This document shows positions 1-10,198 of a stretch of 50,574 nucleotides of DNA, in pieces (position 1 is the stretch's first letter; every line of letters starts with the position of its first letter). Under the pieces are notes generated by a model. That model saw only the letters and a list, made by a program, of their open reading frames with translations, did not search any database and was not told where the DNA came from. Source of the stretch: Pirellulaceae bacterium (GTDB taxonomy: Bacteria > Planctomycetota > Planctomycetia > Pirellulales > Pirellulaceae); NCBI GenBank assembly GCA_025459145.1, contig JALORD010000001.1:1-50574 (forward strand). The letters run 5' to 3'. A program made the position numbers and the translations under genes.

Positions 1-482
1 TCGATCGCGGCCGAGCCGTCGACGTTCGACAGTCCCGTTGCGCTCCCTCCCCAGCCGCCGAGGATCAGCGTGCAGTATTCGTCGCCCACCGGAAACGTCA
101 GCCCGCAGAAGAAATCGTCTCCCTCTCGCCGGCGAGCCTTCAGCGTGAGTTCATAGTTTTCGCGCGGCGGCTTTCCCTTCCAAGCGATCCCCGTGCCCGG
201 CTCACCCGCCGCCAGGACGATCTCGCCATTGGCTACTGCCACCGGCCCGTGCTTCTTAAACCAGTCTTCGTCGAGCACGCGCCAGCCGGCGAGCGTCTGG
301 CCGTCGAACAGATCCTGCGGTTTCTCCGTCGACAGGTCGACTTCCGGCGGTGCGGCCGCGGGTGCCGTCGCGGGCTCTTCACCGGCGGCAACGCTTCTGG
401 CAACCATCGCCAGGATTGCCGCGTAGAGTACTCGCCGCGCGAACCTGTGCCGCCCGCCGAGCGTCCTCGAATTCTTGGTCAT
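1..482 (-). CDS. Secreted DUF1080-like (3-keto-disaccharide hydrolase / LamG-fold family) protein, N-terminal ~160 aa; the 3' end lies beyond the window start
   Basis: My own translation of the minus strand from ATG 482-480 stays open to position 1: MTKNSRTLGGRHRFARRVLYAAILAMVARSVAAGEE...DLFDGQTLAGWRVLDEDWF...ANGEIVL...NYELTLKARRREGDDFFCGLTFPV...LILGGWGGSATGLSNVDG. It has a signal-peptide-like N-terminus followed by the F-[ND]-G-x-x-L-x-G-W ... NYEL pattern I associate with DUF1080. It is absent from the ORF track because it runs off the edge. Confidence 0.7.
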   Translation of the reverse strand, partial: MTKNSRTLGGRHRFARRVLYAAILAMVARSVAAGEEPATAPAAAPPEVDLSTEKPQDLFDGQTLAGWRVLDEDWFKKHGPVAVANGEIVLAAGEPGTGIAWKGKPPRENYELTLKARRREGDDFFCGLTFPVGDEYCTLILGGWGGSATGLSNVDGSAAI

Positions 483-541
483 GGTCGAATTGGAGCGAAG
501 GGAGATTCGTAACAGAGCGGCGCGTCTCGCGAGAAAATCGC

Positions 542-569
542 TTGCAGCCCGCCGCGCGCATGATAAACT
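542..569 (+). promoter_or_regulatory. Candidate sigma70-type promoter for the pot operon: TTGCAG-N16-(TGa)TAAACT
   Basis: TTGCAG at 542-547, a 16-nt spacer, then TAAACT at 564-569 preceded by TG (extended -10 like). It sits about 90 nt upstream of the potA GTG at 661. Motif reading only. Confidence 0.35.
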
Positions 570-660
570 CAGCGCCGCCGAATTTCGAGCGAGTCAACTT
601 CTTCGCAGCTTGCTCGCGGCCGGTTTGCCAGTCGTTACGCCAGGAGCTTGAACCACTTTA

Positions 661-1824
661 GTGAAGCACGACCACCCCTCGGCAGCCGTCGTACTGCGCG
701 GCATTTGCAAATCGTACGGCACGCGAACGATCCTGGACGGGATCGATCTGGTCATACCGCGGGGCGAAGTGCTGGTGCTGGTGGGGGCCAGCGGCAGCGG
801 CAAGAGCACGATCCTGCGAATCGTCTCGGGTATCGAAACGCCCGACCAAGGGGAAGTCTGGCTGGGAGGAAAGCTCGTCACGGCCGAGCCGCCGAATCGT
901 CGCCCCGTTCACACCGTCTTTCAGAACTACGCCCTGTTCCCACATCTCGACGTGGCGGGCAACGTCGCCTTTCCGCTGGCGATTGCCGGCAAGCCGGCCC
1001 GCGAGCGGGAGCCCCTCGTCCGGGAAGCCCTCACCTGGGTCCGTATGGAGCAGCATGCGCGGCGGCGGATCGAGGCCCTCTCGGGGGGCGAAAAGCAGCG
1101 CGTGGCCCTCGCTCGGGCTCTCGTGAATCGGCCGCAATGCGTCCTGCTCGACGAACCGCTCTCGGCGCTCGACCCGCATTTGCGGGCCGGAACGCTCGAT
1201 CTGCTCGATCGGCTGCAGCAGGAACTGGGACTCACGTACCTGTTCATCACGCACGACCGCGAAGAAGCCCTGCGGATTGGCCACAAGATTGGTGTCCTGA
1301 ATCAGGGGCGGCTCGAGCAACTCGGCACCCCCACCGAGGTCTATCACCAGCCGCGGACCGCGTATGTTGCGTCGTTCCTGGGAAAGATCAACTGGCTGGC
1401 GGGCGAACTGGCCCGCGGCTCCGGCCCCTATGTCACAGTCGCGGGCTGCCGGGTGCCGCTCGTCAGCCGCGGCGATTCGGTGCGTGAGTCCGCACTGGCT
1501 GATGGGCCGGTCAAGATTGGGATTCGTCCGGAAGAGCTGCAGATTGTCGCCCCGGCAGGCTCCGCCGGGAGAATAGCGGCAGCGCCCGATGCCGTCTCGC
1601 TGTCCGCCCGGGTCGTCAGCCGCCAGTTCTTCGGCGATTCGACGACGCTGCGTGTGCGCCTGGCAGGCGGGACAGAGCTGACCGTCGATCAGCGTCCGGC
1701 CAGCTTGGCCGGGGTGGGAGACACGGTGGAGCTGGTGTGGTCCGCCGCGGCAATGCACTTGTTTCCTGCCGATGGGCAGCCGGCGACAGATGCGGCGGCT
1801 CCTGCACAGGAGGCCGTGCAATGA
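661..1824 (+). CDS. potA: Spermidine/putrescine ABC transporter ATP-binding protein
   Basis: 387-aa ORF with Walker A GASGSGKST, ABC signature LSGGEKQRVALARAL, Walker B VLLDEPLSALD and H-loop ITHD. It has a C-terminal TOBE-like regulatory part and is followed by two permeases and a PotD-like binding protein. GTG start with AGGAG about 13 nt upstream. Confidence 0.93.
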   Translation: MKHDHPSAAVVLRGICKSYGTRTILDGIDLVIPRGEVLVLVGASGSGKSTILRIVSGIETPDQGEVWLGGKLVTAEPPNRRPVHTVFQNYALFPHLDVAGNVAFPLAIAGKPAREREPLVREALTWVRMEQHARRRIEALSGGEKQRVALARALVNRPQCVLLDEPLSALDPHLRAGTLDLLDRLQQELGLTYLFITHDREEALRIGHKIGVLNQGRLEQLGTPTEVYHQPRTAYVASFLGKINWLAGELARGSGPYVTVAGCRVPLVSRGDSVRESALADGPVKIGIRPEELQIVAPAGSAGRIAAAPDAVSLSARVVSRQFFGDSTTLRVRLAGGTELTVDQRPASLAGVGDTVELVWSAAAMHLFPADGQPATDAAAPAQEAVQ

Positions 1825-2636
1825 ATGCTGGGTCGTCGAAAGCAGGGTCTCGCGGCTGGCTGGCCGTTCCGGCGGTAACTTACCTTACGCTGCTGTTTAT
1901 CGGTCCGACGGCCGTGGTGCTGACCTATTCGGTGCTCGAGCGCGACTACTACGGCGGCGTGCACTGGAATCTCTCGTGGGACGCCTGGCGGATGGCGACC
2001 GACCGAATCACGCTCGGCATCCTGGGGCGGACGGTGCTGCTCGCGGGAGGCGTGACACTTGCCAACCTGCTGCTGGCGTATCCGTGCGCGGCGGCCCTGG
2101 CCCGCATGCCGGCTGAGCGGCGAACTCTGTGGGTGCTCGTGCTCAGTTTTCCGATGCTCACGTCGCTGCTCCTGCGCACCTACGGCTGGATGAATGTGCT
2201 GCCGCTCGCGTGGCGGGGGACGCTGCTGGGCGTGGCACTCGTGCTCACGTGCAACTATCTGCCGTTCATGATCCTGCCGCTGGTGAAGGCCTTTGAGCGG
2301 GCCGACCGGACGCTCGTGCTCGCAGCGCTCGATCTGGGGGCGACCCCCTGGCAGGCGTTCTGCCGCGTGACGCTCCCGATCACCGCCAGCGGCGCCGCGA
2401 GCGGGGCGGCGCTCGTGTTCATTCCCGCCAGCGGCGAATACCTCATTCCGAACTTCATCGGTGACGGCAAGATCAGCGTCGCCGGGACGCTCGTCATGGA
2501 ATGGTTCAACCATCGCCACTGGCCGTACGCCGCGGCCTGTGCGGCCTGGCTGGCGGCGGTGGTGCTCGTGCCGATTGTGGCGTCGCTGGTTTGGAAGTCC
2601 CGCACGACGGAGGCTGCCGCATGGAAAGCCGGGTGA
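1821..2636 (+). CDS. potB: Polyamine ABC transporter permease
   Basis: Start chosen at ATG 1821, which overlaps the potA stop (ATGA coupling), giving MNAGSSKAGSRGWLAVPAVTYLTLLFIGP. Multiple TM helices, with an EAA-like loop (LDLGATPWQAFCRVTLP). The ORF-track start at 1737 is an upstream extension inside potA. Confidence 0.9.
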   Translation: MNAGSSKAGSRGWLAVPAVTYLTLLFIGPTAVVLTYSVLERDYYGGVHWNLSWDAWRMATDRITLGILGRTVLLAGGVTLANLLLAYPCAAALARMPAERRTLWVLVLSFPMLTSLLLRTYGWMNVLPLAWRGTLLGVALVLTCNYLPFMILPLVKAFERADRTLVLAALDLGATPWQAFCRVTLPITASGAASGAALVFIPASGEYLIPNFIGDGKISVAGTLVMEWFNHRHWPYAAACAAWLAAVVLVPIVASLVWKSRTTEAAAWKAG

Positions 2637-2643
2637 ACCGCCG

Positions 2644-3444
2644 ATGACGCATACTCTCCAAGCATTGCTCGTCCGCTGGCTCGGCCGCGCTTCGCTCGCC
2701 GTCGTCCTCGTCAGCATGTATCTGCCGGTGGCGATGACGTTTGTCTATTCGTTCAACGCCTCGCGGATTGGCACGGTTTGGACCGGCTTTTCGATCGCCG
2801 GTTATACGCGTCTCTGGGAGCAGACCGAACTATGGCAGGCGCTCGGCGCGAGCTGTCTCATTGGCGGCATCGCCAGTACGCTTTCGGTGGCGGCGGGCAC
2901 GCTGGCGGCGCTGGGCCTCCGCGCCTGGAGGCCGCGGCTGAGGCTGATTGGACAGGGAGTCCTGGCCCTGCCGCTGGTTACGCCGGACGTGATCATCGCC
3001 CTCTCGCTGGCCTTGTTTTTTGCCGCGCTCCGCCTGCCGCAGGGATACGGCACGGTCGTCGCCGCCCACTGCGTGTTTGGCATTTCCTACGCGTTCGTGG
3101 TGATGGCCGGAGCGGTCGAGGATCTCGACGAAACGCTCTACGCTGCGGCGCTCGACTGCGGCGCGACGCCGCGGCAGGCGCTGTCGCGCGTCATCCTGCC
3201 GATTCTGGCTCCCAGCCTGATCGTGGCGTGGCTGTTTGTCTTCGCCCTTTCGCTCGACGACTTTTTGATCACGTTCATGACCAAAGGGCCGGGAGCCGAT
3301 ACGCTGCCGATCGAGATCTACGGCCAGATGCGGTTCGGGATCAAGCCGCAGACGAGCGCCCTGTTTGTCGTGCTGTTCTTGTTCACGCTCGCCGGGGCGC
3401 TCATCGCGGGACGGCTGCTGAAGGGGCGCCATGTTGCGGTGTAA
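2644..3444 (+). CDS. potC: Polyamine ABC transporter permease
   Basis: Start chosen at ATG 2644 (MTHTLQALLVRWLGRASLAVVLVSMYLP), 8 nt after the potB stop. It has an EAA loop (AALDCGATPRQALSRVILP) and about 6 TM segments. Confidence 0.9.
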   Translation: MTHTLQALLVRWLGRASLAVVLVSMYLPVAMTFVYSFNASRIGTVWTGFSIAGYTRLWEQTELWQALGASCLIGGIASTLSVAAGTLAALGLRAWRPRLRLIGQGVLALPLVTPDVIIALSLALFFAALRLPQGYGTVVAAHCVFGISYAFVVMAGAVEDLDETLYAAALDCGATPRQALSRVILPILAPSLIVAWLFVFALSLDDFLITFMTKGPGADTLPIEIYGQMRFGIKPQTSALFVVLFLFTLAGALIAGRLLKGRHVAV

Positions 3445-4573
3445 GTTTCAAGTTCCAGGTTTGTGGATGGGTCGTTTCATGGCGAAGTTCACCAGGCGAA
3501 CGTGGTTGGAGTCGGCCGGAGGATGGGCCGTGGGTGCCGCAGCCGGCGCTTCGTGGCTCGCCGGCTGTCGGCCTCGCGGCAGTTCCTCGGGGCGACGGGT
3601 GCTCAAAGTGTTCAATTGGTCGGACTACATCGCCCCCGAGGTGATTCCTGCTTTCGAGGCCGCCCACGACTGCACGGTGGTGTACGACAATTTCGCCAGC
3701 GACTCGGAACTTGAGGCGCGGCTCGCGACGGGTGGCGGTGCCTACGATGTCGTGTTTCCGTCGGACCGGACGATGCATGCTTTGGTGGCCAAGCAACTGC
3801 TTGCACCGCTCGACCGGAACCGGCTTTCGAACTGGACCAATCTCGATCCCGAGTTTCTCAGCCGGCCCCACGATCCGCGCAACGAGTTCAGCGCTCCTTA
3901 TTTCTGGGGCACGCTGGCCGCGGCCTACTTGCCGGACTTTATCGACGAGCCCGTCACGGGGTTCGATGTGCTCCTCGACCCACGGCGTCCGGTGCGTCCG
4001 GCACGCCTCACGATGCTCGACGACGGCGAGAACGTGATCGGCGGGATGCTGATGCACCTCGGGCGGCCGCTCAACTCGGTCGCGGCTGCCGATCTGGCTG
4101 CGGTGCAAGCGTTACTTCTCGAGCAGCGACCGCGCGTCCAGGCCTATACGTCCGACTCTTACAAAGAGCGGCTGGTCTCGGGCGACGCCTGGGCGGCCAT
4201 GGGCTGGAGCGGCGATCTCCTGCAGGCGGCCACGGAAGCGGCAAGCATCGGCCGCGAGGTGCGGGTCGTGGTTCCCGAGCGGGGAACGATCATCTGGCTC
4301 GACAGCATGGCAATCCCACGCGGGGCGCAGAACGTCGAATTGGCCCACGCCTTCATCGATTGGCTGCTCGACGCCGAGCAGGCCGCCGCCAACGCCGAGT
4401 ATGTGAGCTACGCCACGCCGAACGGTGCGGCGCTCGCGCTCCTGCCGGCCGAAATGCGGGCCGACGAAAGCATCTATCCGCCCGCGGCCACTCGCGCGCG
4501 ATGCGAGTGGCTCGAAAACCGCGGCCGCGAGATCACGAAGATCGAAGCGGTCTGGCGAAAGGTGAAAGCGTGA
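3431..4573 (+). CDS. potD: Polyamine (spermidine/putrescine) periplasmic binding lipoprotein, PotD/PotF family, with a Tat-like signal
   Basis: The body matches the PotD/PotF pattern (VFNWSDYI...YDVVFPSD...YFWGT...). The N-terminus has a twin-arginine motif (FTRRTWL) and a lipobox (LAGC). The true start may be ATG 3467 or 3479 (MAKFTRRTWL) rather than 3431. Confidence 0.88.
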   Translation: MLRCKFQVPGLWMGRFMAKFTRRTWLESAGGWAVGAAAGASWLAGCRPRGSSSGRRVLKVFNWSDYIAPEVIPAFEAAHDCTVVYDNFASDSELEARLATGGGAYDVVFPSDRTMHALVAKQLLAPLDRNRLSNWTNLDPEFLSRPHDPRNEFSAPYFWGTLAAAYLPDFIDEPVTGFDVLLDPRRPVRPARLTMLDDGENVIGGMLMHLGRPLNSVAAADLAAVQALLLEQRPRVQAYTSDSYKERLVSGDAWAAMGWSGDLLQAATEAASIGREVRVVVPERGTIIWLDSMAIPRGAQNVELAHAFIDWLLDAEQAAANAEYVSYATPNGAALALLPAEMRADESIYPPAATRARCEWLENRGREITKIEAVWRKVKA

Positions 4574-4574
4574 A

Positions 4575-4616
4575 GGAGGTCGGAAGTCGGAGGTCAGAGA
4601 TCGGAAGTCAGAGGAC
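4575..4616 (+). repeat. Intergenic heptad array, copy 1: six tandem GGARGTC-like 7-mers
   Basis: GGAGGTC GGAAGTC GGAGGTC AGAGATC GGAAGTC AGAGGAC starts 2 nt after the potD stop. It runs into the hairpin GGACAG-tttcac-CTGTCC (4613-4630) and then a C-rich tract. Related copies lie at 27914-27941 and 36861-36890. Confidence 0.75.
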
Positions 4617-4649
4617 AGTTTCACCTGTCCCCAGCCCTAGCCCCTCCCC

Positions 4650-7600
4650 CTACGCCCATGCCTCGTCGGCAAACACCGTATCGGCCGACTCGCGGAACTG
4701 CTGCTCGCCCGTCGTCGGGCCTTCCCCTTCGGGAATGTCGGCCGCCGCGACGAAGCCGAACTCGCTCAGCGTGCCGTCGAGGCGAATGATGTATTCGCCA
4801 TTTCCGCTAACGCCGAGGATGCGGAAGCGAGCCATCGAGCCGCTGGGCGGGGTGTTTCCGCCGTTGTTATTGTGCGGATCCTGGTAAATCCGCTTCGTCA
4901 CGCCACCAATCGTCAGCAGGGCCGAGGGAATCGAACCGCCGGCGCCAAACTCGAGTTGCAGCGAGACGGTGGTGTTCCAGCCGCTGAGGCTATACGACCA
5001 GTCCATCGTGCCGCCGGTCGACGTGACGAGGACCATTCCGGTTTGCCCCGACGAAGCGAGAAGTTCGGCGATCAGCCCCGAGGCATCCATCAGCGAGCCG
5101 GCGTCGATTCCCCGTTCGCCGAAGTCGAGGCCGGTGATATTGCCGTTGAAATCGTCCGGCTCCCAGTCGAGCGAGAACAGGTTGTCGGTTGCACTCGCGT
5201 TGGTCACCGCAGCCAGATTGGCAGCCGTGCTCGCCGCACGATCCTTGCCCGAGGCGAGGTAGTCGGGCTGCACCTGGGTAATGGTGTAGGTGCCGGGGGC
5301 CAGATTGCCGAACGAGTAGTTGCCGCTGGCGTCGGTCATCACCTGCAGGCTGACCGGGCCGAGCAGGCCGGTGCCAACGAGTTTGATCTGTACGCCGGCA
5401 ATCGGCTTGTCGCTGCCGTTGTGCAGTCCGTCGTTGTTATCGTCGATGAAGACCTTGCCGCTGACGCTCTTGGGAACGAACGCCAGGACTTCGACCTCGA
5501 CCGTGGCCGTATCGGTGCCGCCGCGGCCATCGCTCAGCGTGTAAGTGAACGAATCGGGACCCGTGTAACCAGCAGGTGGCGAGTAGCGCACTTGTTGGCC
5601 GACCAGGGTGACGGTCCCGCCTTGAGCGCTTGTCGCGCTGACCGACTGGATGCTGAGCACTTCGCCCGGTACGCCGACGTCCTGGCCCGAGCTGTCGTTG
5701 TCCAGGAGATCGAGCGTGACGAGCTGGTTATTGATGTCCTTGATCGCCCGGAACAACCTGTCATCGTCAGCGATTGGATCATCGTTCACTTCGGTCACGG
5801 TGATTGTCGCCGTGGCCGTGTTCGACTGGTTCGGGCCGTCGGTCAGGCGATACTGGAACGTCACCTGTCCGCTCAGGCTTGGAGCCGGGAAGCCCGGAGC
5901 CGGCGTGTAGGTGTAGGTGCCGTCGCCGTTATCGACGAGCGAACCCGAGCCCACCAGGTTGCCGACGAAGCTGACCGACAGGGCGTTCCCCTCGGGATCG
6001 GTCGCCCCGGCCAGCAGCTGGGCGTCGGTGATGATGATCGCCGTGTCTTCGTTGGTATTGAAGCTCTTGGGCTGGGCGACCGGCGGGTCGTTCACCTCAG
6101 CCACGTCGATCGTAATCGTCGCGGTGTTCGAGAACAGAGAGCCGTCGAACGCGCGGTAAGTGAACGTCACCGGGCCGTTGAATTCGGCCGGCGGCGTGTA
6201 GCTGAACGAGCCGTTCGGATTCAGGGTTAGCGAACCGACCGCGGGGGGCGTGACGACTTGGACCGTCAGATTGGCCCGGGCGGTGTCGACATCGGTCACC
6301 AGCGGATTGGTCGATCGCAACAGGCCATTGGCCTGATTGACCGTCAGCGTCAGGTTTTCGACAGCGTTGTAGGTTCCGTCGGCGGCCACCGGCGCGTCGT
6401 TGACCGGCGTGATGTCGATCGTCACCGTGGTCGGGGCCGAGCGACGGCCGGTGCCGTCGATCGCCTGGTAGGTGAATGTCACCTGACCGTCAAAGTCGTT
6501 GCTGGGAGCGAGCGAGTAGGTGAACGAGCCGTCGGCATTGACCGACAGCGTTCCCTGGGCTGGGCTGAGGACCGAGACCGAAGCCAGATCAACCGTCAGC
6601 CCGGCATTGAGCGGCGGCGTCAGGTTGTCCGGATCGGTGTCGTTGGCCAAGAGTCCATCCTGGGCCGAGACAACCAGCGTTCCCCCTTCGGCGACGTCGT
6701 AGTCATCGGCGACGCCAATCGGATCGTCCGCGGTCGGCGCGATGTCGATCGTGACCGTGATCGGGCCGTCGCTGCCGCCCTTGCCATCGAGCACGTTGTA
6801 CGTGAACGAGGTCTGGCCGTAAAAGTCAGCCGCGGGAACGAATGTGAACGTCCCGTTGGGATTCAGCGTCAGCGTTCCTGCCGAGGCGGGCGGAGCGGCG
6901 ACGAGCTGCGCGGTCAGCGTATCGACCGGAGCCCGATTCGGCCGGTTATCGGGATCGGTGTCGTTCCCGAGCACGCCGAGCGCCGGATCACTGACCGTCA
7001 GTGTCTGGTCCTCGTCGGTAACGTAGTCATCGGGTTGCCCGACGGGGTCGTCGTTCACATTGGCAATGACGACGGTCACCGTGGCGGTCAGCGTGCCGTT
7101 GTTGTCGCCGAACGGAGCCGCATTGTCGGTCTCGACAATGCCATAAGTAAATGTGATCGTGCCGTAGAAATCCGGATCGCCGGCTGGCAGTGTATAGCGG
7201 ATCTGGTTCCCTTCGATCGTGACTTCCCCGGCAAACTCGCCCGAGGCGATGACGGGTTGCGTGAGTGCAGCAGGGTTGAAGCTCAGCGTCTCGCCCGTAT
7301 GGGCCGAGTCGTTGGCCAGCACATCGAGAAGGACGCTCACCACCCCTTCCTGGAAGTTGGCCGCATTGTCGATGGCCCGCGGGAAGGAGTCGTCCTGGGC
7401 GCGGAAGGTATCGACGACGTTGAGCGTCACCGTGTCGGTGTCGGTCTCTGTAGTCGGGCCGGTGTTGCCGTTGTCGCTGGTGACAATGGTCAGGGTGACC
7501 GTCTCGGCGCTGGCGGCCTGGAAGATGAGCGTCGCCAGCGTCGCGTTGACCGCGCCGAGCTGGCCGCTGACCACCAGGTTCTGGCTGTTGTTGCCAGTGA

Positions 7601-9908
7601 CGAGCGCTCCGCCCGTGGCAGTCGCGCCGAGCGTGCCGCCGGTGGTGCTGTTGGTCGTGAGGGTGACGGTCATCGTCCCCGTTGCGGCATCAACATCGGC
7701 AATTGAGATTGCAGCGCCACCCGTGAAGGCGAACGTTTCGCCGATGATGATCTCTTGAGCTCCGGGGACGGAGTTTACCGGAGCGTCGTTCACCGGGGCG
7801 ATGTTGATCGTCGAGGTCGCCTGGCCGGTTTTCGCGCCGCCGGTGCCCGTATTTCCTTCGTCGTTGATCTGGAGCGTCAGCGTGGCAGTGGCTGGCGGCG
7901 TGTTCGAATTGTTGATGTAGGTGAGAATCGCGTCGGGATCGGTCCCGGAGAACAGATCGTTGATCTGGTCGAGTCGCCCGCGAAGTGTCACGCTGCCGGT
8001 CCCCGAGTTCGTGACGACAAGCCCGGACCCGTTGGCGTCGGCAGTGATGATGCCGCTGGTGACCGACAGCGTCGCAGTGACAGGCGCCAACCCGGCGTCG
8101 CTATCGGCGACGGACAGGCCCGTGCCGACCAGATTGAGCACGACCTGCTCCGTCGCATTGTACGAGGGGGGCGCGGTGGCCGTGGGAGCCGCGTTGCCTG
8201 CGACGACATTCACCGTGACTTTCGTCAGGGCCGAATTGACCGAACCATTGCTGGCCCGGTAGTAGAACACCACCTCTCCCGAGACGGGGTTGGCGGGAGG
8301 GGTATAGCGAAGCACACTCCCCTGCTGCGTGACCGTCCCTCTTCCAGCGCCAGGTTGCGTGAAGCCGGCGATCGTCAACGTCCCCGGTCCGTTGTCGTTC
8401 GACAGGACAGGAATATTGACAAACGCCTGTGACCCGGTGAGGCTCTCGGCATCGATCGTGGTCGACACGGTTGCGGCGACGAAGTTCACGACCGCATCGG
8501 GATCGAGCGCAGGCGTGGCAGAATTCGAATCGAAGTGAATGTCGGCCGCTGCAATAATGGCGTTTTCCGGGTCCGAAGCGGGACCAAAATTGAGCACGGT
8601 AGCCAGCGAATCAGACAGATTCTGCACACTGCCGGCAAACGTCGTCGATGAACCCGCAGCACCGGGTTGCACATCGAGCCGCACGCGGAACATCTCGACG
8701 ATTTCCGTCCCGCTTAGTTGCCGAGGCGTGTTGAGGATGCCGTTGTAGAGTCCCCCAATGTCGTTCAGACCATTGGCGAACGAATTCGGCGGAATGAAGA
8801 TCGTGCCGAAGTTAAGCGGGGAATTCAGGTACAACGAATCGAAGTCGGCATCCATCACCAGATGCGGCAGGACTGCTCGTTCGCGAAGGAAGTCGGCCGT
8901 CTCGGGCTGCGGATCGAACAGGTCTTCCGTCACGGTCACGCCCGTAGCAGGCCCCGGGTTGACCAGCGTCACCACCATATCGGGCTGATTCACGTTGGCC
9001 AGTTCGTTCAGGAACTGCACCCGATAGCGTCCCTGCACACCGAGGTAGTCGACCTGAAAGTTCGGGCGGCCATCCGGCGTGCGGCCGATCAGGGGCAGAC
9101 CCAGGAGCGCGTTCTGAATGGCAATCCGCGTCGCTTCGGAATTGGTACTGAAGTTGATGACGCCGGTTTGTTGGCCGCCAAACGCAATCTGGAAGGTCGT
9201 TCCCGTGCCGGCGCCGTTGAACTGAATCCGCTGCCATTCGTTGGTTTGAATCGAAGCCCGCGACGTATTCCAGTTCACATCGAGCCCGGCGAAGACGACG
9301 CCCACTTCGTTGGCCAATCGCGTCAGTCCTTCGTAGGTCAGAATGCCCGTATCCTGCACGGAGACGCGCAGTTCGAACGACTGTCCTTCCGCAACAGACG
9401 TAATGGGCGTGTTCGTTCCTTGGGCCACCGCTTCGACGAAGTACTTGACCATCGGCTCATGGTCTTCTCCCTCCGCAGTCATCGTGTTCACGACCTTCAG
9501 CAGGTCGAGAATGTTCAGCTTCGCGTCGTTATTGGGATCGATGTAGAGCGTCGGAGCGGTGCTCGCGCCGCCTCCCGCCTCTTCCCCTTCGGCGATCGGT
9601 CCCGCACCGGCAGGCGCGAGGAGATTGATCGTGCGCCCACTCAAATTGCGAGCTCCGTCCCGCACCAGCGCGTTAACCACCCCCAGGAGGTCCACGATAT
9701 TGACCGCCCCATCGTCGTTCACGTCGGCAGGTCGATTGGCGTTCCAGTAGTCGGAGATGAAGACCGAATTCCCGACATCACTGGCCATCATCGTACGAGG
9801 TTCGAGCTGTTCACCGCCGCGGAGGAGCGGATTGTGCGACTTCAGAAACGATCGGCGGCGCTGGCGGGCATTCCCCGGGCGGACCTGAGGACGGCGAAAC
9901 GTGCTCAT
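4650..9908 (-). CDS. Giant secreted repeat protein A (1752 aa): LE-P-R leader, dockerin-like pair, NExQ module, multiple cadherin-like ~96-aa repeats, SdrD-B-like domain, acidic C-terminal tail
   Basis: Start chosen at ATG 9908 (MSTFRRPQVRPGNARQRRRSFLKSHNPLLRGGEQLEPRTMMA). The ORF-track start at 10061 is an unsupported upstream extension. Dockerin-like repeats DVNDDGAVNIVDLL (9663-9725) and IDPNNDAKLNILDLL (9481-9543). Repeated VNDAP/VNDDP...ANDTDPDN...GSFTYTP...FTY...DG units. SdrD-B-like segment GKVFIDDNNDG...TDASGNYSFGNLAPGTYTI. Confidence 0.9.
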   Translation of the reverse strand: MSTFRRPQVRPGNARQRRRSFLKSHNPLLRGGEQLEPRTMMASDVGNSVFISDYWNANRPADVNDDGAVNIVDLLGVVNALVRDGARNLSGRTINLLAPAGAGPIAEGEEAGGGASTAPTLYIDPNNDAKLNILDLLKVVNTMTAEGEDHEPMVKYFVEAVAQGTNTPITSVAEGQSFELRVSVQDTGILTYEGLTRLANEVGVVFAGLDVNWNTSRASIQTNEWQRIQFNGAGTGTTFQIAFGGQQTGVINFSTNSEATRIAIQNALLGLPLIGRTPDGRPNFQVDYLGVQGRYRVQFLNELANVNQPDMVVTLVNPGPATGVTVTEDLFDPQPETADFLRERAVLPHLVMDADFDSLYLNSPLNFGTIFIPPNSFANGLNDIGGLYNGILNTPRQLSGTEIVEMFRVRLDVQPGAAGSSTTFAGSVQNLSDSLATVLNFGPASDPENAIIAAADIHFDSNSATPALDPDAVVNFVAATVSTTIDAESLTGSQAFVNIPVLSNDNGPGTLTIAGFTQPGAGRGTVTQQGSVLRYTPPANPVSGEVVFYYRASNGSVNSALTKVTVNVVAGNAAPTATAPPSYNATEQVVLNLVGTGLSVADSDAGLAPVTATLSVTSGIITADANGSGLVVTNSGTGSVTLRGRLDQINDLFSGTDPDAILTYINNSNTPPATATLTLQINDEGNTGTGGAKTGQATSTINIAPVNDAPVNSVPGAQEIIIGETFAFTGGAAISIADVDAATGTMTVTLTTNSTTGGTLGATATGGALVTGNNSQNLVVSGQLGAVNATLATLIFQAASAETVTLTIVTSDNGNTGPTTETDTDTVTLNVVDTFRAQDDSFPRAIDNAANFQEGVVSVLLDVLANDSAHTGETLSFNPAALTQPVIASGEFAGEVTIEGNQIRYTLPAGDPDFYGTITFTYGIVETDNAAPFGDNNGTLTATVTVVIANVNDDPVGQPDDYVTDEDQTLTVSDPALGVLGNDTDPDNRPNRAPVDTLTAQLVAAPPASAGTLTLNPNGTFTFVPAADFYGQTSFTYNVLDGKGGSDGPITVTIDIAPTADDPIGVADDYDVAEGGTLVVSAQDGLLANDTDPDNLTPPLNAGLTVDLASVSVLSPAQGTLSVNADGSFTYSLAPSNDFDGQVTFTYQAIDGTGRRSAPTTVTIDITPVNDAPVAADGTYNAVENLTLTVNQANGLLRSTNPLVTDVDTARANLTVQVVTPPAVGSLTLNPNGSFSYTPPAEFNGPVTFTYRAFDGSLFSNTATITIDVAEVNDPPVAQPKSFNTNEDTAIIITDAQLLAGATDPEGNALSVSFVGNLVGSGSLVDNGDGTYTYTPAPGFPAPSLSGQVTFQYRLTDGPNQSNTATATITVTEVNDDPIADDDRLFRAIKDINNQLVTLDLLDNDSSGQDVGVPGEVLSIQSVSATSAQGGTVTLVGQQVRYSPPAGYTGPDSFTYTLSDGRGGTDTATVEVEVLAFVPKSVSGKVFIDDNNDGLHNGSDKPIAGVQIKLVGTGLLGPVSLQVMTDASGNYSFGNLAPGTYTITQVQPDYLASGKDRAASTAANLAAVTNASATDNLFSLDWEPDDFNGNITGLDFGERGIDAGSLMDASGLIAELLASSGQTGMVLVTSTGGTMDWSYSLSGWNTTVSLQLEFGAGGSIPSALLTIGGVTKRIYQDPHNNNGGNTPPSGSMARFRILGVSGNGEYIIRLDGTLSEFGFVAAADIPEGEGPTTGEQQFRESADTVFADEAWA

Positions 9909-10133
9909 GAAAACTCTCGCGTGCGAAGAAAAGTCTGTTCCGGTTTCGTCTGCGTCCGGCTGCGCCCCTCCAGGCCGCTGCCCTCCGCTCCTCGTGGTCT
10001 CGCGTGTCCTCTGGGGATCGCGAGTAACTTCATCCATGACGCGCAAGCCATTGCGCAACAAGCCTTTACGGCGATACTCCGCGGCAGCCGATTGTGCCGG
10101 TCCGCGAAACCTGATCGCCAGGGCTAAGAATCC

Positions 10134-10166
10134 AGCCTAGTTACGCTCAAAAATCTCTGCAATGAA
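10134..10166 (-). promoter_or_regulatory. Weak candidate promoter for giant gene A: TTCATTGCAG -35 region, N17, TAGGCT
   Basis: The minus strand reads AATTCATTGCAG-AGATTTTTGAGCGTAAC-TAGGCT. The 9-mer TTCATTGCA is also found at the candidate promoter of giant gene B (25855-25863). Confidence 0.25.
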
Positions 10167-10198
10167 TTTGCTCGTCCCGGAGCGGGGTTTCTGACCGT